From assembly GCA_040390125.1 (NCBI GenBank), contig JAZJYZ010000001.1, forward strand, positions 506,396 to 570,395: a DNA stretch of 64,000 nt. Reading direction: 5' to 3'. The position numbers were made by a program, and so were the translations under genes. This DNA comes from Patescibacteria group bacterium. GTDB lineage: Bacteria > Patescibacteriota > Minisyncoccia > Phycocordibacterales > Phycocordibacteraceae. Numbering within the stretch: the first letter of the stretch is position 1; each line of letters starts with the position of its first letter. Below, piece after piece: positions 55,588 to 64,000 of the stretch. The notes beneath the pieces are model-generated. The model searched no databases. It saw nothing but the letters and a program-made list of their open reading frames with translations, and was not told the origin of the DNA.

Positions 55588-56313
55588 TCAACACTTGACC
55601 AGGTTCAAAACAGCCTCATGAGCCTCCTCGGGGCTATCTACGACATGGAAAAGAGCCAAATCTTCCTTATTGATGGTTTTGTACTTTGCCAAAAGGTGAT
55701 CTTTAAAGAAGGTAACTAGAGGTGTCCAGTACTCTCTATTGTAAAGAATTATCGGAATCCGCTTGATTTTATTGGTCTGAACTAAGGTCAAAATCTCGAA
55801 TAGCTCGTCCATGGTTCCAAAACCACCTGGGAAGTAAATATACACTTCGGAGGCGAAAGAGAGCATCACTTTTCGGGTAAAGAAGTAGTTGAAGAGGGCT
55901 GTATCAGTAAGGTAGGGGTTAACATGCTGTTCGTGTGCGAGCTTGATGTTAAGACCTACAGACTGCCCCCCTGCTTCAAATGCCCCCTTACTCGCAGACT
56001 CCATGATGCCCCCTGCGCCTCCAGTAATTACCACGAACCCTGATTTAGCGAGCTTTTCAGCAAGAAGTCTTGCGTCCTCATATACCTTAGGCTCCATTTG
56101 AGAGCGAGCAGAACCAAAAAAAGTTGCAGCGAGGCGATACTTACGAAGCATAGAGAAACCATCAATCAGCTCACCCATGATTCTGAAGATACGCCACGAC
56201 TCCATGTCTTTGGTGTGGTCGGTTTTTTCAGGATCGCACACACGCAAATCCCCCTCCATGCGATGCTCGCCAGGCGGATTTACGATGTTGTATTTTCTTT
56301 GTGGTTCAGACAT
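55588..56313 (-). CDS. LOG family protein (TIGR00730; cytokinin riboside 5'-monophosphate phosphoribohydrolase-like Rossmann protein)
   Basis: ...VVITGGAGGIMESASKGAFEAGG... and ...IYFPGGFGTMDELFEILTLVQT... (PGGxGTxxE motif). Confidence 0.8.
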   Translation of the reverse strand: MSEPQRKYNIVNPPGEHRMEGDLRVCDPEKTDHTKDMESWRIFRIMGELIDGFSMLRKYRLAATFFGSARSQMEPKVYEDARLLAEKLAKSGFVVITGGAGGIMESASKGAFEAGGQSVGLNIKLAHEQHVNPYLTDTALFNYFFTRKVMLSFASEVYIYFPGGFGTMDELFEILTLVQTNKIKRIPIILYNREYWTPLVTFFKDHLLAKYKTINKEDLALFHVVDSPEEAHEAVLNLVKC

Positions 56314-56340
56314 ATGGGAAAGTGTAACATCTTGAACTAC

Positions 56341-56376
56341 TAGCTTACAGCTTTCAGCTTTCAGCTTTCAGCTTTT
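56341..56376. repeat. TAGCTTACAGCTTTCAGCTTTCAGCTTTCAGCTTTT word repeat (family member)
   Basis: Read directly. Confidence 0.7.
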
Positions 56377-56391
56377 GTGGAAGAAGAAAAA

Positions 56392-56991
56392 CTATTCGGA
56401 TAGCCAAGGGATGGGGTGGGTGGAAAATCCTGGAAGAAGAGGTTTATTGTAAAGGAGGCGGGAAGCTACCTCCGCATGCGATAGGGCACCGGTGAGAGCA
56501 TTATGAGGCTTTGGTTCTTCGGGGATGCCCACATACTTGAGGGCAGCATCCAAGGTGAGCTTAGTGTGATGTTTCTCCTCGTCAAATGGAGGCGTAATGT
56601 CTCGCTCAACCATGTGCATATAGGCAAGGCTGTGCGTATCGATAGTCCGATGGGCGAAAGGAAAATTGATACCTCCTCTCTCGCACGCTGCAATCAAGAA
56701 GTCTCTATCGAAAGAAGGATTCTGCCCTACAAAGGTTCTGTCGTGTACTTCTGCCGTCCAGACTATGAATTCCTGCACTAATTCTAATTCGCTTTTCTTT
56801 GAGGAATCTGTAGCCTCTGCGTTTGAAAAGCCATTCACCGCAAGTGCTTCTTCGTTTATATGTGCCCCCTCCCATACCCTACATTCGCCATAAAAACGCT
56901 TTGACGGCGTTTCTGTATCAACCGCACCAATCGATAGGATTGAATTCTTATGAGGTTCGGTTCCTGAGCATTCAATATCGAGAGCAATCAT
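56392..56991 (-). CDS. DEDDh 3'-5' exonuclease (DnaQ/RNase T-like)
   Basis: Exo I ...MIALDIECSGTEP...; Exo III ...HNALTGALSHAEVASRL... Confidence 0.75.
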   Translation of the reverse strand: MIALDIECSGTEPHKNSILSIGAVDTETPSKRFYGECRVWEGAHINEEALAVNGFSNAEATDSSKKSELELVQEFIVWTAEVHDRTFVGQNPSFDRDFLIAACERGGINFPFAHRTIDTHSLAYMHMVERDITPPFDEEKHHTKLTLDAALKYVGIPEEPKPHNALTGALSHAEVASRLLYNKPLLPGFSTHPIPWLSE

Positions 56992-57077
56992 TTGAGTAAG
57001 TTTACCGTCTAACGAGCCGAGGGGAAAGAGGACTTATGTTCTTTCCCGAGCGAGAGCTGACGGAAAAACATCCTAGG

Positions 57078-57157
57078 TTTTACAGCTTTCAGCTGTCAGG
57101 TGCCAGCTTTTTTCTGAATTCAAAGCTGAAAGCCGGAAGCTGAAAGCTAACAGCTAA
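57078..57157. repeat. AGCTG/CAGCT-word inverted repeat containing the conserved core CAGCTTTTTTCTGAATTCAAAGCTGAAAGCCG (shared with 59017-59050)
   Basis: TTTTACAGCTTTCAGCTGTCAGGTGCCAGCTTTTTTCTGAATTCAAAGCTGAAAGCCGGAAGCTGAAAGCTAACAGCTAA. Confidence 0.75.
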
Positions 57158-57158
57158 T

Positions 57159-57575
57159 TCAGAGTCCATTACACCGCCCGGCATGGTAGCCCGCAGATTC
57201 GGCAGAGGCTCTGGTATTGAAATAAACTCTGTTCGCTACTGGAATTTTTATCGCTAGCGGGCACCATGGAAAGAAATACGTACTGCCAGTCTTGGACGCT
57301 ACATATGTGCCCGCAAGACTAGGTGGAGGGGGCAGTGAATCTGATCCTTCTGAAAATGACGAAACCTCGCCAATCCCAATGGCACCGAGGAGAGCTGAAG
57401 CACTTTGCCCATTTGGATACAGCACCTTAAATTCACCCTTTCCTCCGTAAAAAACCGATAATCTACCGAGCCCAAAAGCAAACAAAGCAACCAATATAAT
57501 CACCAGAACCACGAGTATGTTCTCCCGTAAGCGCCTCCAAACCACCTTGATTTTATTAGTGAAATCACGAAACAT
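57159..57575 (-). CDS. Hypothetical membrane-anchored protein
   Basis: N-terminal TM ...ILVVLVIILVALFAFGLG...; no family recognised. Confidence 0.4.
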   Translation of the reverse strand: MFRDFTNKIKVVWRRLRENILVVLVIILVALFAFGLGRLSVFYGGKGEFKVLYPNGQSASALLGAIGIGEVSSFSEGSDSLPPPPSLAGTYVASKTGSTYFFPWCPLAIKIPVANRVYFNTRASAESAGYHAGRCNGL

Positions 57576-57762
57576 AGTGAGTAGATTTCAGTTATACCCC
57601 GTTAAATCTGGCTCAAAGCCAGCCAGCTTGAAATTTTCCGTGAAAACAGTTATATTCTAACGTATCGGGTACGCAATGAGCAGTTTCTATACACCAAAGT
57701 CCAAGCTGGATTTAACAGGGTGTAAGAATTTCTAAGCTCGATACTCGCTAACAAATTCTAAC

Positions 57763-58035
57763 ATGGCAACAAAAAAAGCAGCCGGCTCAGCAAAAAACCT
57801 AACAGATTCAAATCCTCAATACTTGGGCGTTAAGCTCTATGCAGGTCAGAAAACTAAGAAAGGTTCAATCATCATCCGTCAGCGTGGTACTAAATTCATG
57901 GCAGGAAAAAACGTGGAAGTTGGTAAAGATCACACCCTCTATGCGGTTGAAGAAGGTACCGTTTCTTTCCGTGTTGCTCGAAAGACTCGTTTCGACGGAT
58001 CCACCGTCAAGCGAAATGTCGTTGACGTGAAGTAA
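57763..58035 (+). CDS. rpmA: 50S ribosomal protein L27
   Basis: ...[49 protein letters not shown]... L27 signature. Confidence 0.9.
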   Translation: MATKKAAGSAKNLTDSNPQYLGVKLYAGQKTKKGSIIIRQRGTKFMAGKNVEVGKDHTLYAVEEGTVSFRVARKTRFDGSTVKRNVVDVK

Positions 58036-58037
58036 AC

Positions 58038-58244
58038 ATGCCTTCGAATACGGAACGGTTTAAAGAAGGTGCCCGTGTCCTTTGGGGGAAAGATAACGCA
58101 ACAGTGGTCAAAGTTACTCGAGGTGGAAAGAAAGCGGAGAGTTTGAAATTTGAAAAAGGAGGAGGTGTAACAAGTTTGAGCGGACTTGATGTAAGATACC
58201 GAACAAATGAACCACCCGTTTTCTTTGGGAGGGGAGATATTTGA
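58038..58244 (+). CDS. Hypothetical small protein co-oriented directly after rpmA
   Basis: 2-nt gap after rpmA; ORF only. Confidence 0.35.
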   Translation: MPSNTERFKEGARVLWGKDNATVVKVTRGGKKAESLKFEKGGGVTSLSGLDVRYRTNEPPVFFGRGDI

Positions 58245-58262
58245 AACTAAACCTTCATAAAT

Positions 58263-58520
58263 ATGGCAGGAGAAAGAAGCTCGTCCACAAGAGCTAACAG
58301 TCGTTTTCGTGAAATTGATGCAAGGCGGGTTGTGCCAGGAATGACTGCGAGATTGAAAGAACCGACGAAAACACTGAAAGCCGGCCCCTACTTAATTTTA
58401 GACATTACCCCTGTCGGGAGAGTGAAAATTCGAAGAACTGAAGGTAAGAAGGGTACAGCAACACTGTCTCCACTGCATCCAGATGTAGTTTTCCAAATAC
58501 CTAGGCAGGTACTGAAATAA
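58263..58520 (+). CDS. Hypothetical small basic protein
   Basis: ORF only; operon position. Confidence 0.35.
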   Translation: MAGERSSSTRANSRFREIDARRVVPGMTARLKEPTKTLKAGPYLILDITPVGRVKIRRTEGKKGTATLSPLHPDVVFQIPRQVLK

Positions 58521-58950
58521 CCACCGTCACTTCAGCACGAAAACCTTGAAGGGTAACAGTAGCTCGGTGCTCTCCGAGCTTTTTTATTGGACCACCCACA
58601 ATGACAAGTGAGTCTTCAGGTACCGAGATTTTCAATTCCTTCAACATTGCTTGGGCGACTTGTTTCGCATGAATAGATTCAAAGAGAGTCCCTTTTTCAT
58701 TTGCCTTCGCTTGAATACTAATTGTTTTTCCATCAATCTCTGCGAGTGCTTTTTTCGCTAGAATAGCGTCCATAGCAATCTTAGCTTTTGCTCCTTGGGT
58801 TTGTTTTTCAAATTTCTTTATATTTTCCGCAGTTGCAGGCAATGCCAACTTCTTTGGAATCAAGACATTCTGGGCATACCCATCAGCAACGGTCACGAGA
58901 GTGCCTCGTTGGCCTACTTTCTTAACGTCAGTGAGCAATATTAACTTCAT
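58501..58950 (-). CDS. rplI: 50S ribosomal protein L9
   Basis: MKLILLTDVKKVGQRGTLVTVADGYAQNVLIPKKLALPAT... L9 N-domain. Confidence 0.9.
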   Translation of the reverse strand: MKLILLTDVKKVGQRGTLVTVADGYAQNVLIPKKLALPATAENIKKFEKQTQGAKAKIAMDAILAKKALAEIDGKTISIQAKANEKGTLFESIHAKQVAQAMLKELKISVPEDSLVIVGGPIKKLGEHRATVTLQGFRAEVTVVISVPA

Positions 58951-58952
58951 AT

Positions 58953-59071
58953 AAAAGCTGTCAGGTTCCAGCTTATAGCTTTCAGCTTTAAATGCAAATT
59001 AAAAAAACCGATGCCTAGAGCTTTTTCTGAATTCAAAGCTGAAAGCCGAAACCTGGCAGCTGGCAGCTACT
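58953..59071. repeat. AGCTG/CAGCT-word inverted repeat (family member) with conserved TTCTGAATTCAAAGCTGAAAGCCG core
   Basis: AAAAGCTGTCAGGTTCCAGCTTATAGCTTTCAGCTTTAAATGC...AGAGCTTTTTCTGAATTCAAAGCTGAAAGCCGAAACCTGGCAGCTGGCAGCTAC. Confidence 0.75.
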
Positions 59072-60281
59072 TCCCTGTCACCAGGAAAGTGGCTGCCCTT
59101 TCAAGCTGGGGGTCACGCTTTGCCTCCACATCCTCTTTCGTTATAGCTACTTCCACATCCGGCACTATGCCGGCATGTGAAATAGAGATGCCGTTTGGAG
59201 TGAGCCATCTTGCGATAGTAATCTTTAGGGAGGTCTCAGACGTTACATCAAAGAGTTGCTGCACAGAGCCTTTACCAAATGACTTTTCCCCAATAAGGGT
59301 GGCTTTGCCGTGATCACGGAGTGCACCTGCAAGAATTTCTGATGCGGAAGCAGAACCGCTATCGATAAGCACTGCTAATTTAAGTTTGTCAGAAAACACA
59401 TCGTAGCCACGGCTTCTGCTCACATTTGCCGGTTGCTTTGAACCAAAATCTTCACTCACAATCACCTTCCCTACCGGCAAAAACCAGCTCGCAATATCAA
59501 CGGCAACCCCTAAATAACCACCAGGATTACCCCGAAGATCAATCACCATTTTGTCAGAACCTGAATCGGCAAACTCACGAATAGCTGCACGGAACTTTTC
59601 TGGTGCATTCGCATTAAATGTGAAGAGATGAATAACAAACACGCCATCCGGACGAAGTGTGGTCTTTATGGTTGGCAGATTTATTGTTGCCCGAACTAGG
59701 GTCACTTCAAATGGAGCACTATCGGCACGACCAAGTGTGAGAGTTACTGACGTTCCAATTTCTCCACGAATGGCACTCACTGCATCATCAACAGATATCC
59801 CAATGGTGTCTTTACCATTAATCTCAAGAATAAGATCTCCACTTCTAATGCCAGCTTTAGATGCAGGGGTTCCTTCAAGTGGCGAGATGACGGTGAGTTC
59901 GCCGTCTTTAAGCCCTAGCTCCATACCTACACCCCCAAAGTCACCCTGTACTTGGCTATCAAAAAGCTTCTTTTCTTTTGGAGGAAAGAAGGTGGTGTAC
60001 GGGTCACCGTATGATGATGCAAGCCCTTCTATCATTCCCCACAACCTATCTTCAGGAACGCTCGCTACAGTTGTGGTTCCTGGTGCAAAATTTTCATCAA
60101 GCAAATCCCACGCTTTATATAAAGGCGCTAAATCGGGTCTGGAATTAGCGACGCTCACTTCCGATGGTGCCTTCCACGGCACCATACCTCCAGCTTCGGT
60201 GCCTACAAAAAACGCCACCACAGCCACTACCACAACTGCTATCATGGCAGTACGAAAACCTATTTTTGAATTGTCTTTCAT
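59067..60281 (-). CDS. ctpA: C-terminal processing (tail-specific) peptidase, S41 family, with PDZ domain
   Basis: ...MVIDLRGNPGGYLGVAVDIASWF...; PDZ ...GIRSGDLILEINGKDT...; N-terminal TM anchor. Confidence 0.85.
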   Translation of the reverse strand: MKDNSKIGFRTAMIAVVVVAVVAFFVGTEAGGMVPWKAPSEVSVANSRPDLAPLYKAWDLLDENFAPGTTTVASVPEDRLWGMIEGLASSYGDPYTTFFPPKEKKLFDSQVQGDFGGVGMELGLKDGELTVISPLEGTPASKAGIRSGDLILEINGKDTIGISVDDAVSAIRGEIGTSVTLTLGRADSAPFEVTLVRATINLPTIKTTLRPDGVFVIHLFTFNANAPEKFRAAIREFADSGSDKMVIDLRGNPGGYLGVAVDIASWFLPVGKVIVSEDFGSKQPANVSRSRGYDVFSDKLKLAVLIDSGSASASEILAGALRDHGKATLIGEKSFGKGSVQQLFDVTSETSLKITIARWLTPNGISISHAGIVPDVEVAITKEDVEAKRDPQLERAATFLVTGK

Positions 60282-60308
60282 TGTTTCCTATTATGCCATA
60301 TCCGAGGG

Positions 60309-60373
60309 GAAGCTTTCAGGTTACAGCTGTCAGCTTTCAGCTTTAACTTCTAAAAGCTGGAAACTGGAAGCTC
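60309..60373. repeat. AGCTG/CAGCT-word inverted repeat (family member)
   Basis: GAAGCTTTCAGGTTACAGCTGTCAGCTTTCAGCTTTAACTTCTAAAAGCTGGAAACTGGAAGCTC. Confidence 0.7.
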
Positions 60374-60458
60374 ACAAAGGGAATGCTCCAATCTTTCAAA
60401 CCTTCTGTTCACTGTACACTATCCACTGTACACTCTTCATCGGTGTATACTGCCGAGG

Positions 60459-61373
60459 ATGATAAACCGCTATGAATACGAAGGGATTATTTGGATAGAT
60501 ATTGAAAATCCTACCGCCGAAGAAATTACAGAAGTCGGACAGGAGTTCAATTTGGGAGCGCTTTTGCGTCAGGAGCTTTTGGCTCCAACAGTAAAAGCCC
60601 GTGTTGATCTCTATCCGGAGGTTGTGTACGCACTCCTTCATTTCCCCGCACGAAGACATACGCACAACAAACGTGAAAGCCAAGAAGTTGATTTCGTCAT
60701 AGGCAAACATTTTGTCATCACGGTTCACTATGAAACCGTTGATGCACTCGTCGATTTTTCGCGCTCATTTGAAGCGGCAATGCTACTCAAACGTAACAGT
60801 GGAAAATTTCATAGCGGACACATTTTGTTTGAACTTGCACAGCGCTTGTATCAAGAAGTGGAATATGAATTGGACTCACTTGAGGATTCCATAGCAACTA
60901 TCGAAACGGCTATTTTTTCAGGACATGAACGTGACATGGTTTTTGCAATCTCTCGAGCGAGCCGTGAACTCATCGACCAGAGACGTACACTCTCCATGCA
61001 CGTTGAGGTCTTGGCATCTCTGGAGCATGCAACTGTCTCTTTGTTTGGAGAACAATTTGCTAACTACCTCCGAGGAGTAACGACATTCCACTACCGAGCA
61101 CACCAGCGAGCACTCGCCATGATGGACACCGTCACCGACCTTCGAAAAACAAATGACTCACTTCTCACTACACGCCAAAATGAGATTACGAAAAACCTCA
61201 CCGTCATGGCATTTATCACCTTCCCGCTTTCGGTAGTGGCTGCGGTGTTTGGCATGAACACAGACAATACTCCGATTGTGAGCTCCCCCTACGGATTTTG
61301 GATGATTGTAGGTGCCATGACTGTTCTCACAATCGCCTTTTTCATCTACTTTAAGATTAAGAAGTGGTTCTAG
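60459..61373 (+). CDS. corA: CorA family Mg2+/Co2+ transporter
   Basis: C-terminal TM pair with ...VFGMNTDNTP... (GMN motif); 304 aa. Confidence 0.85.
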   Translation: MINRYEYEGIIWIDIENPTAEEITEVGQEFNLGALLRQELLAPTVKARVDLYPEVVYALLHFPARRHTHNKRESQEVDFVIGKHFVITVHYETVDALVDFSRSFEAAMLLKRNSGKFHSGHILFELAQRLYQEVEYELDSLEDSIATIETAIFSGHERDMVFAISRASRELIDQRRTLSMHVEVLASLEHATVSLFGEQFANYLRGVTTFHYRAHQRALAMMDTVTDLRKTNDSLLTTRQNEITKNLTVMAFITFPLSVVAAVFGMNTDNTPIVSSPYGFWMIVGAMTVLTIAFFIYFKIKKWF

Positions 61374-61386
61374 AGACCCGGAACGG

Positions 61387-61476
61387 GTCAGGTGCCAGGT
61401 TTCAGCTGTCAGCTTTCAGCTTTAAATTTAGAAATCAAGAATAAGCTGGAACCTGACAGCTGGCAGCTGAAAGCTC
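61387..61476. repeat. AGCTG/CAGCT-word inverted repeat (family member) between corA and dnaB
   Basis: GTCAGGTGCCAGGTTTCAGCTGTCAGCTTTCAGCTTTAAA...TAAGCTGGAACCTGACAGCTGGCAGCTGAAAGCTC. Confidence 0.75.
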
Positions 61477-61557
61477 TGCGAAGTGGATATATCCGTGTAC
61501 AAACCTCCGTATAAGGGGCAATTTTGAAAAGTAAGTAAAAAACACCCCAGTGCTACA

Positions 61558-62946
61558 ATGCCATTTATGGCGAATCCTGGCACACGAATTCCTCCTCAAT
61601 CAACAGACGCTGAACGTGCACTTTTGGGCTCCGTAATGCTCAAGCCCGACGCAATCCACGAAATAACTGATTTCGTTTCTGCCGACTCTTTTTATGTAGA
61701 AAAGCACCGTGTCATTTATCGAGCCTTCACCGATTTAGCGACCGGTGGAAATCCTATTGACCTTCTTTCAACTGCAAACCGACTAAAAGAAACAAACGAT
61801 CTAGAGCGAGCTGGCGGTAACTCATACTTGGCAGAGCTCGTAAGTGCAGTACCCTCTTCTGCAAACCTAAAATACTACGCAGAAATCGTCCAGAAAAAAT
61901 CGATGATGCGCTCTCTCATTTCTGCATCGTCAGACATTGGCGAGATGGGCTATGACGAATCGCAAGACATCGATGAGCTTTTAAATAACGCAGAAAAAAG
62001 AATCTATGAAGTAACCAGCTCCCCTTCTGTTAGAAAATTCGTTGCGATTGGTGATGCCTTGGGAGAGGCGTGGGAGCGTTTTGACAACCTCCACAAGGGT
62101 GACTATCAAATGCGAGGCATCCCCACAGGCTTTGATGCCCTCGACAACATGCTGGCTGGCTTTCAACGCTCTGACTTAATTATTTTAGCCGCTCGTCCTT
62201 CCGCAGGTAAAACTGCCTTTGCCCTCGACATCGCACGACAAACCGCCATCAAGCACGGCACGCCCGTTGGAATTTTTTCACTTGAAATGAGCGCACAGCA
62301 GTTGGTTGACCGTATGCTCGCCGCAGAAGCACGAGTTGACGCTTGGAAGCTTCGCACCGGAAAAATTTCAACTGATGAAGAATTTGAAAGAATCCGTGAC
62401 GCCATGGGTCGACTTTCTAAGGCTCCTATCCATATCGACGACCAGCCGGCAACCAATGTGCTCGGCATGCGATCTGCCGCTCGTCGATTAAAACGAGAAC
62501 ACGGCATTGGACTTCTTGTTGTTGACTACCTTCAGCTCATGAGTCCAACATCAGCACGTTCATCCGACTCAATGGTGCAACAGGTGACAGAAATCTCCCG
62601 CTCCCTAAAAACCCTTGCTCGTGAACTCGATGTTCCAGTGCTTGCTCTCTCCCAGCTTTCGCGTGCCATTGAGCAAAGGCGTGGTCGCCCTCGCCTTTCA
62701 GACCTTCGAGATTCAGGATCTATTGAGCAGGATGCTGACGTGGTTATGTTCATCCACAATGAAGATAGGTATAACGACAACAAAGAAGAGCGTAGCAATG
62801 TAACCGAAATCTTGATTGAAAAGCATCGTAACGGTCGCACCGGCAAAATAGATCTCTTCTTTGATGTAGAGCGTGCCACGTTCTTACCAATCGATAAGTC
62901 AGGCTTCTCTGGCGGTGCGCCAGGCAACGCACAAGACGATTTCTAA
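61558..62946 (+). CDS. dnaB: replicative DNA helicase DnaB
   Basis: N-terminal domain ...PPQSTDAERALLGSVML...; Walker A ...LIILAARPSAGKTAFALDIA...; ...LLVVDYLQLM...; no intein. Confidence 0.95.
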   Translation: MPFMANPGTRIPPQSTDAERALLGSVMLKPDAIHEITDFVSADSFYVEKHRVIYRAFTDLATGGNPIDLLSTANRLKETNDLERAGGNSYLAELVSAVPSSANLKYYAEIVQKKSMMRSLISASSDIGEMGYDESQDIDELLNNAEKRIYEVTSSPSVRKFVAIGDALGEAWERFDNLHKGDYQMRGIPTGFDALDNMLAGFQRSDLIILAARPSAGKTAFALDIARQTAIKHGTPVGIFSLEMSAQQLVDRMLAAEARVDAWKLRTGKISTDEEFERIRDAMGRLSKAPIHIDDQPATNVLGMRSAARRLKREHGIGLLVVDYLQLMSPTSARSSDSMVQQVTEISRSLKTLARELDVPVLALSQLSRAIEQRRGRPRLSDLRDSGSIEQDADVVMFIHNEDRYNDNKEERSNVTEILIEKHRNGRTGKIDLFFDVERATFLPIDKSGFSGGAPGNAQDDF

Positions 62947-62949
62947 TTT

Positions 62950-63023
62950 AAAAAGCTGTCAGGTTTCAGCTGTTAGCTTTCAGCTTTAAATGCAAAAAGC
63001 TGGCACCTGAAAGCTGTAAAACA
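62950..63023. repeat. AGCTG/CAGCT-word inverted repeat (family member) between dnaB and recR
   Basis: AAAAGCTGTCAGGTTTCAGCTGTTAGCTTTCAGCTTTAAATGCAAAAAGCTGGCACCTGAAAGCTGTAAAAC. Confidence 0.75.
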
Positions 63024-63101
63024 GTTTTCCGTCAGCTCTCGCTCGGGGAAGAGAGAATGTCTCTCTTCCCCCTCGGCTCGTTAGACGGTAAGCTAGTTGT
63101 T

Positions 63102-63701
63102 ATGTCCCGAACAACTCACGACCTCATTGAACACATCGCAGAATTTCCTGGCATAGGCCCAAGGCAAGCTCGTCGCATCGTGCAGTTTCTACTTTCAGCC
63201 GGAGCACCGTTTAGGGAAAAACTAGCACAGCTCATTATTGACTCTGGGACGTCCACTTCACCTTGCAACGTGTGTTTCCGTTTTGACGATACTCGTGATT
63301 CAGGCACCTGCTCCATTTGCTCCGATGCTTCACGTGACCACACAAGCCTCATGGTAGTCGAGAAAGACATTGATATAGAAGGCATAGAGGGCTCTGGCGC
63401 ATACAGAGGTACCTATTTCGTTTTAGGAGGCCTTAAGACAATGACGGAACGCAAGAATTCAAGAACACTACGTACCAAAGAACTCCTTTCACATATAGGA
63501 AAGAACGGAACAAAGGAGGTCATCTTTGCACTTTCAACCACTCCCGAGGGTGATTACACCGCCCGTGAGCTCTCAAAAGAAATACAAAAAGCAACTCCAG
63601 ATAAAAAAGTAACCCTGCTTGGGCGAGGTCTTTCAGTGGGCGCTGAAATCGAGTATGCAGATGCAGAGACTCTCCGCAGTGCCCTTCGTAACAGATCTTA
63701 A
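63102..63701 (+). CDS. recR: recombination protein RecR
   Basis: MSRTTHDLIEHIAEFPGIGPRQARRIVQFLL (HhH); C4 zinc finger ...CNVCFRF...CSICSD...; Toprim ...LMVVEKDIDIEGIEG...; ORF-track start 63057 extends upstream, 63102 ATG matches the canonical RecR N-terminus. Confidence 0.85.
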   Translation: MSRTTHDLIEHIAEFPGIGPRQARRIVQFLLSAGAPFREKLAQLIIDSGTSTSPCNVCFRFDDTRDSGTCSICSDASRDHTSLMVVEKDIDIEGIEGSGAYRGTYFVLGGLKTMTERKNSRTLRTKELLSHIGKNGTKEVIFALSTTPEGDYTARELSKEIQKATPDKKVTLLGRGLSVGAEIEYADAETLRSALRNRS

Positions 63702-64000
63702 ATTTTATTTTTTCTTATCAGACCACGACGGTGGTTTCATTGCCCAAGCACGCAGTGCTAAATATCTCTCAGGTAGAGACCCCGATTTCGAACGTCTGTA
63801 GACTGGATGTGGCCTCGCCACTTCCTGAGTCACTTCAACTTTTTTCGAATTCTTCCGTACGCTTTTTGGACCTACATAAGACGGGCCGGCATCAGGAGTT
63901 GCCATACCTAGACCGTCTCAATCTTCACTTTCATGTTGGGCTGTTTGTGCCCTCGCTTTTTGTAGTATCGGCTTTTTGCTTTGTACTTCACCACGACAAC

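Noticed and set aside
20030-63023. Possibility that the AGCTGAAAGCT-word arrays are CRISPR arrays
   Set aside because: The units are inverted rather than direct, and they are irregular in length and spacing. Each locus is a single hairpin-like element at a gene end, with no unique spacers and no cas genes. They are better explained as REP/terminator-like palindromes.
63057-63101. Upstream extension of recR in the ORF track
   Set aside because: The canonical RecR N-terminus (MSRTTHDLIEHIAEFPGIGP...) begins at the internal ATG at 63102. The 15 upstream codons have no counterpart.
1-64000. Alternative genetic code (TGA read as Gly, as in Gracilibacteria/Absconditabacteria)
   Set aside because: Conserved genes (rpoA, dnaK, dnaB, rps/rpl) are full-length under the standard code, and TGA appears as a terminal stop (e.g. 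the transposase ends ...GGCTGA).

Overview
Organism context, by inference only: the gene content suggests a small-genome, reduced bacterium, possibly Patescibacteria/CPR-like. Supporting points are an archaeal-type AspRS/AsnRS, a DUF378 protein, few biosynthesis genes and many small secreted proteins. The standard genetic code fits, and TGA is used as a stop codon.

Layout of the window:
- 1-4.4 kb: a conserved ribosomal and RNA polymerase operon, infA-rpmJ-rpsM-rpsK-rpsD-rpoA-rplQ-rplM-rpsI. The rpmJ here is the zinc-independent L36 form.
- 4.4-16.4 kb: a ~12 kb accessory insertion directly after rpsI, bounded by an exact 34-bp direct repeat of the rpsI 3' end (4375-4408 and 16331-16364). It carries a 2578-aa fused TcB(SpvB)-like/FG-GAP/RHS-YD polymorphic toxin with a DPxGL-delimited C-terminal tip, a downstream membrane immunity candidate, an orphan RHS C-terminal cassette with its own immunity candidate, and a REP-associated/IS200-like Y1 (HUH) transposase.
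- 17.4-21.2 kb: grpE-dnaK-dnaJ.
- 21.3-27.2 kb: a tightly packed operon of an MIO-type aromatic amino acid ammonia-lyase/aminomutase, a PaaK/F390-synthetase-like adenylating enzyme and an E1(ThiF)-nitroreductase fusion. This is the most system-like novelty candidate.
- 27.2-34 kb: an orphan histidine kinase, a TrmB regulator, a RibA-like GTP cyclohydrolase II with a ~235-aa unknown N-terminal domain, and a rifampin-phosphotransferase-like (PpsA-like) dikinase.
- 34-37 kb: a secreted-protein operon that includes a VirB2-like hydrophobic hairpin fused to a lytic transglycosylase.
- 37-40 kb: trpS, aspS, and a TrpR-like regulator flanked by three copies of an 18-bp palindrome.
- 40-64 kb: cell-wall and division genes (VanY-like, pepA, scpAB, dacA-like, mraY, ftsW, murG, gltX, M23 peptidase), then LOG, an exonuclease, rpmA, rplI, ctpA, corA, dnaB and recR.

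A striking genome-wide signal is a family of intergenic inverted repeats built from short reiterated words (for example AGCTGAAAGCT, CTAGAAGCT, GTAGAGGGTAG, TAGGTTATAGG). They sit at many gene ends and look like REP-like or terminator hairpins.

No rRNA, convincing tRNA or CRISPR array was found.
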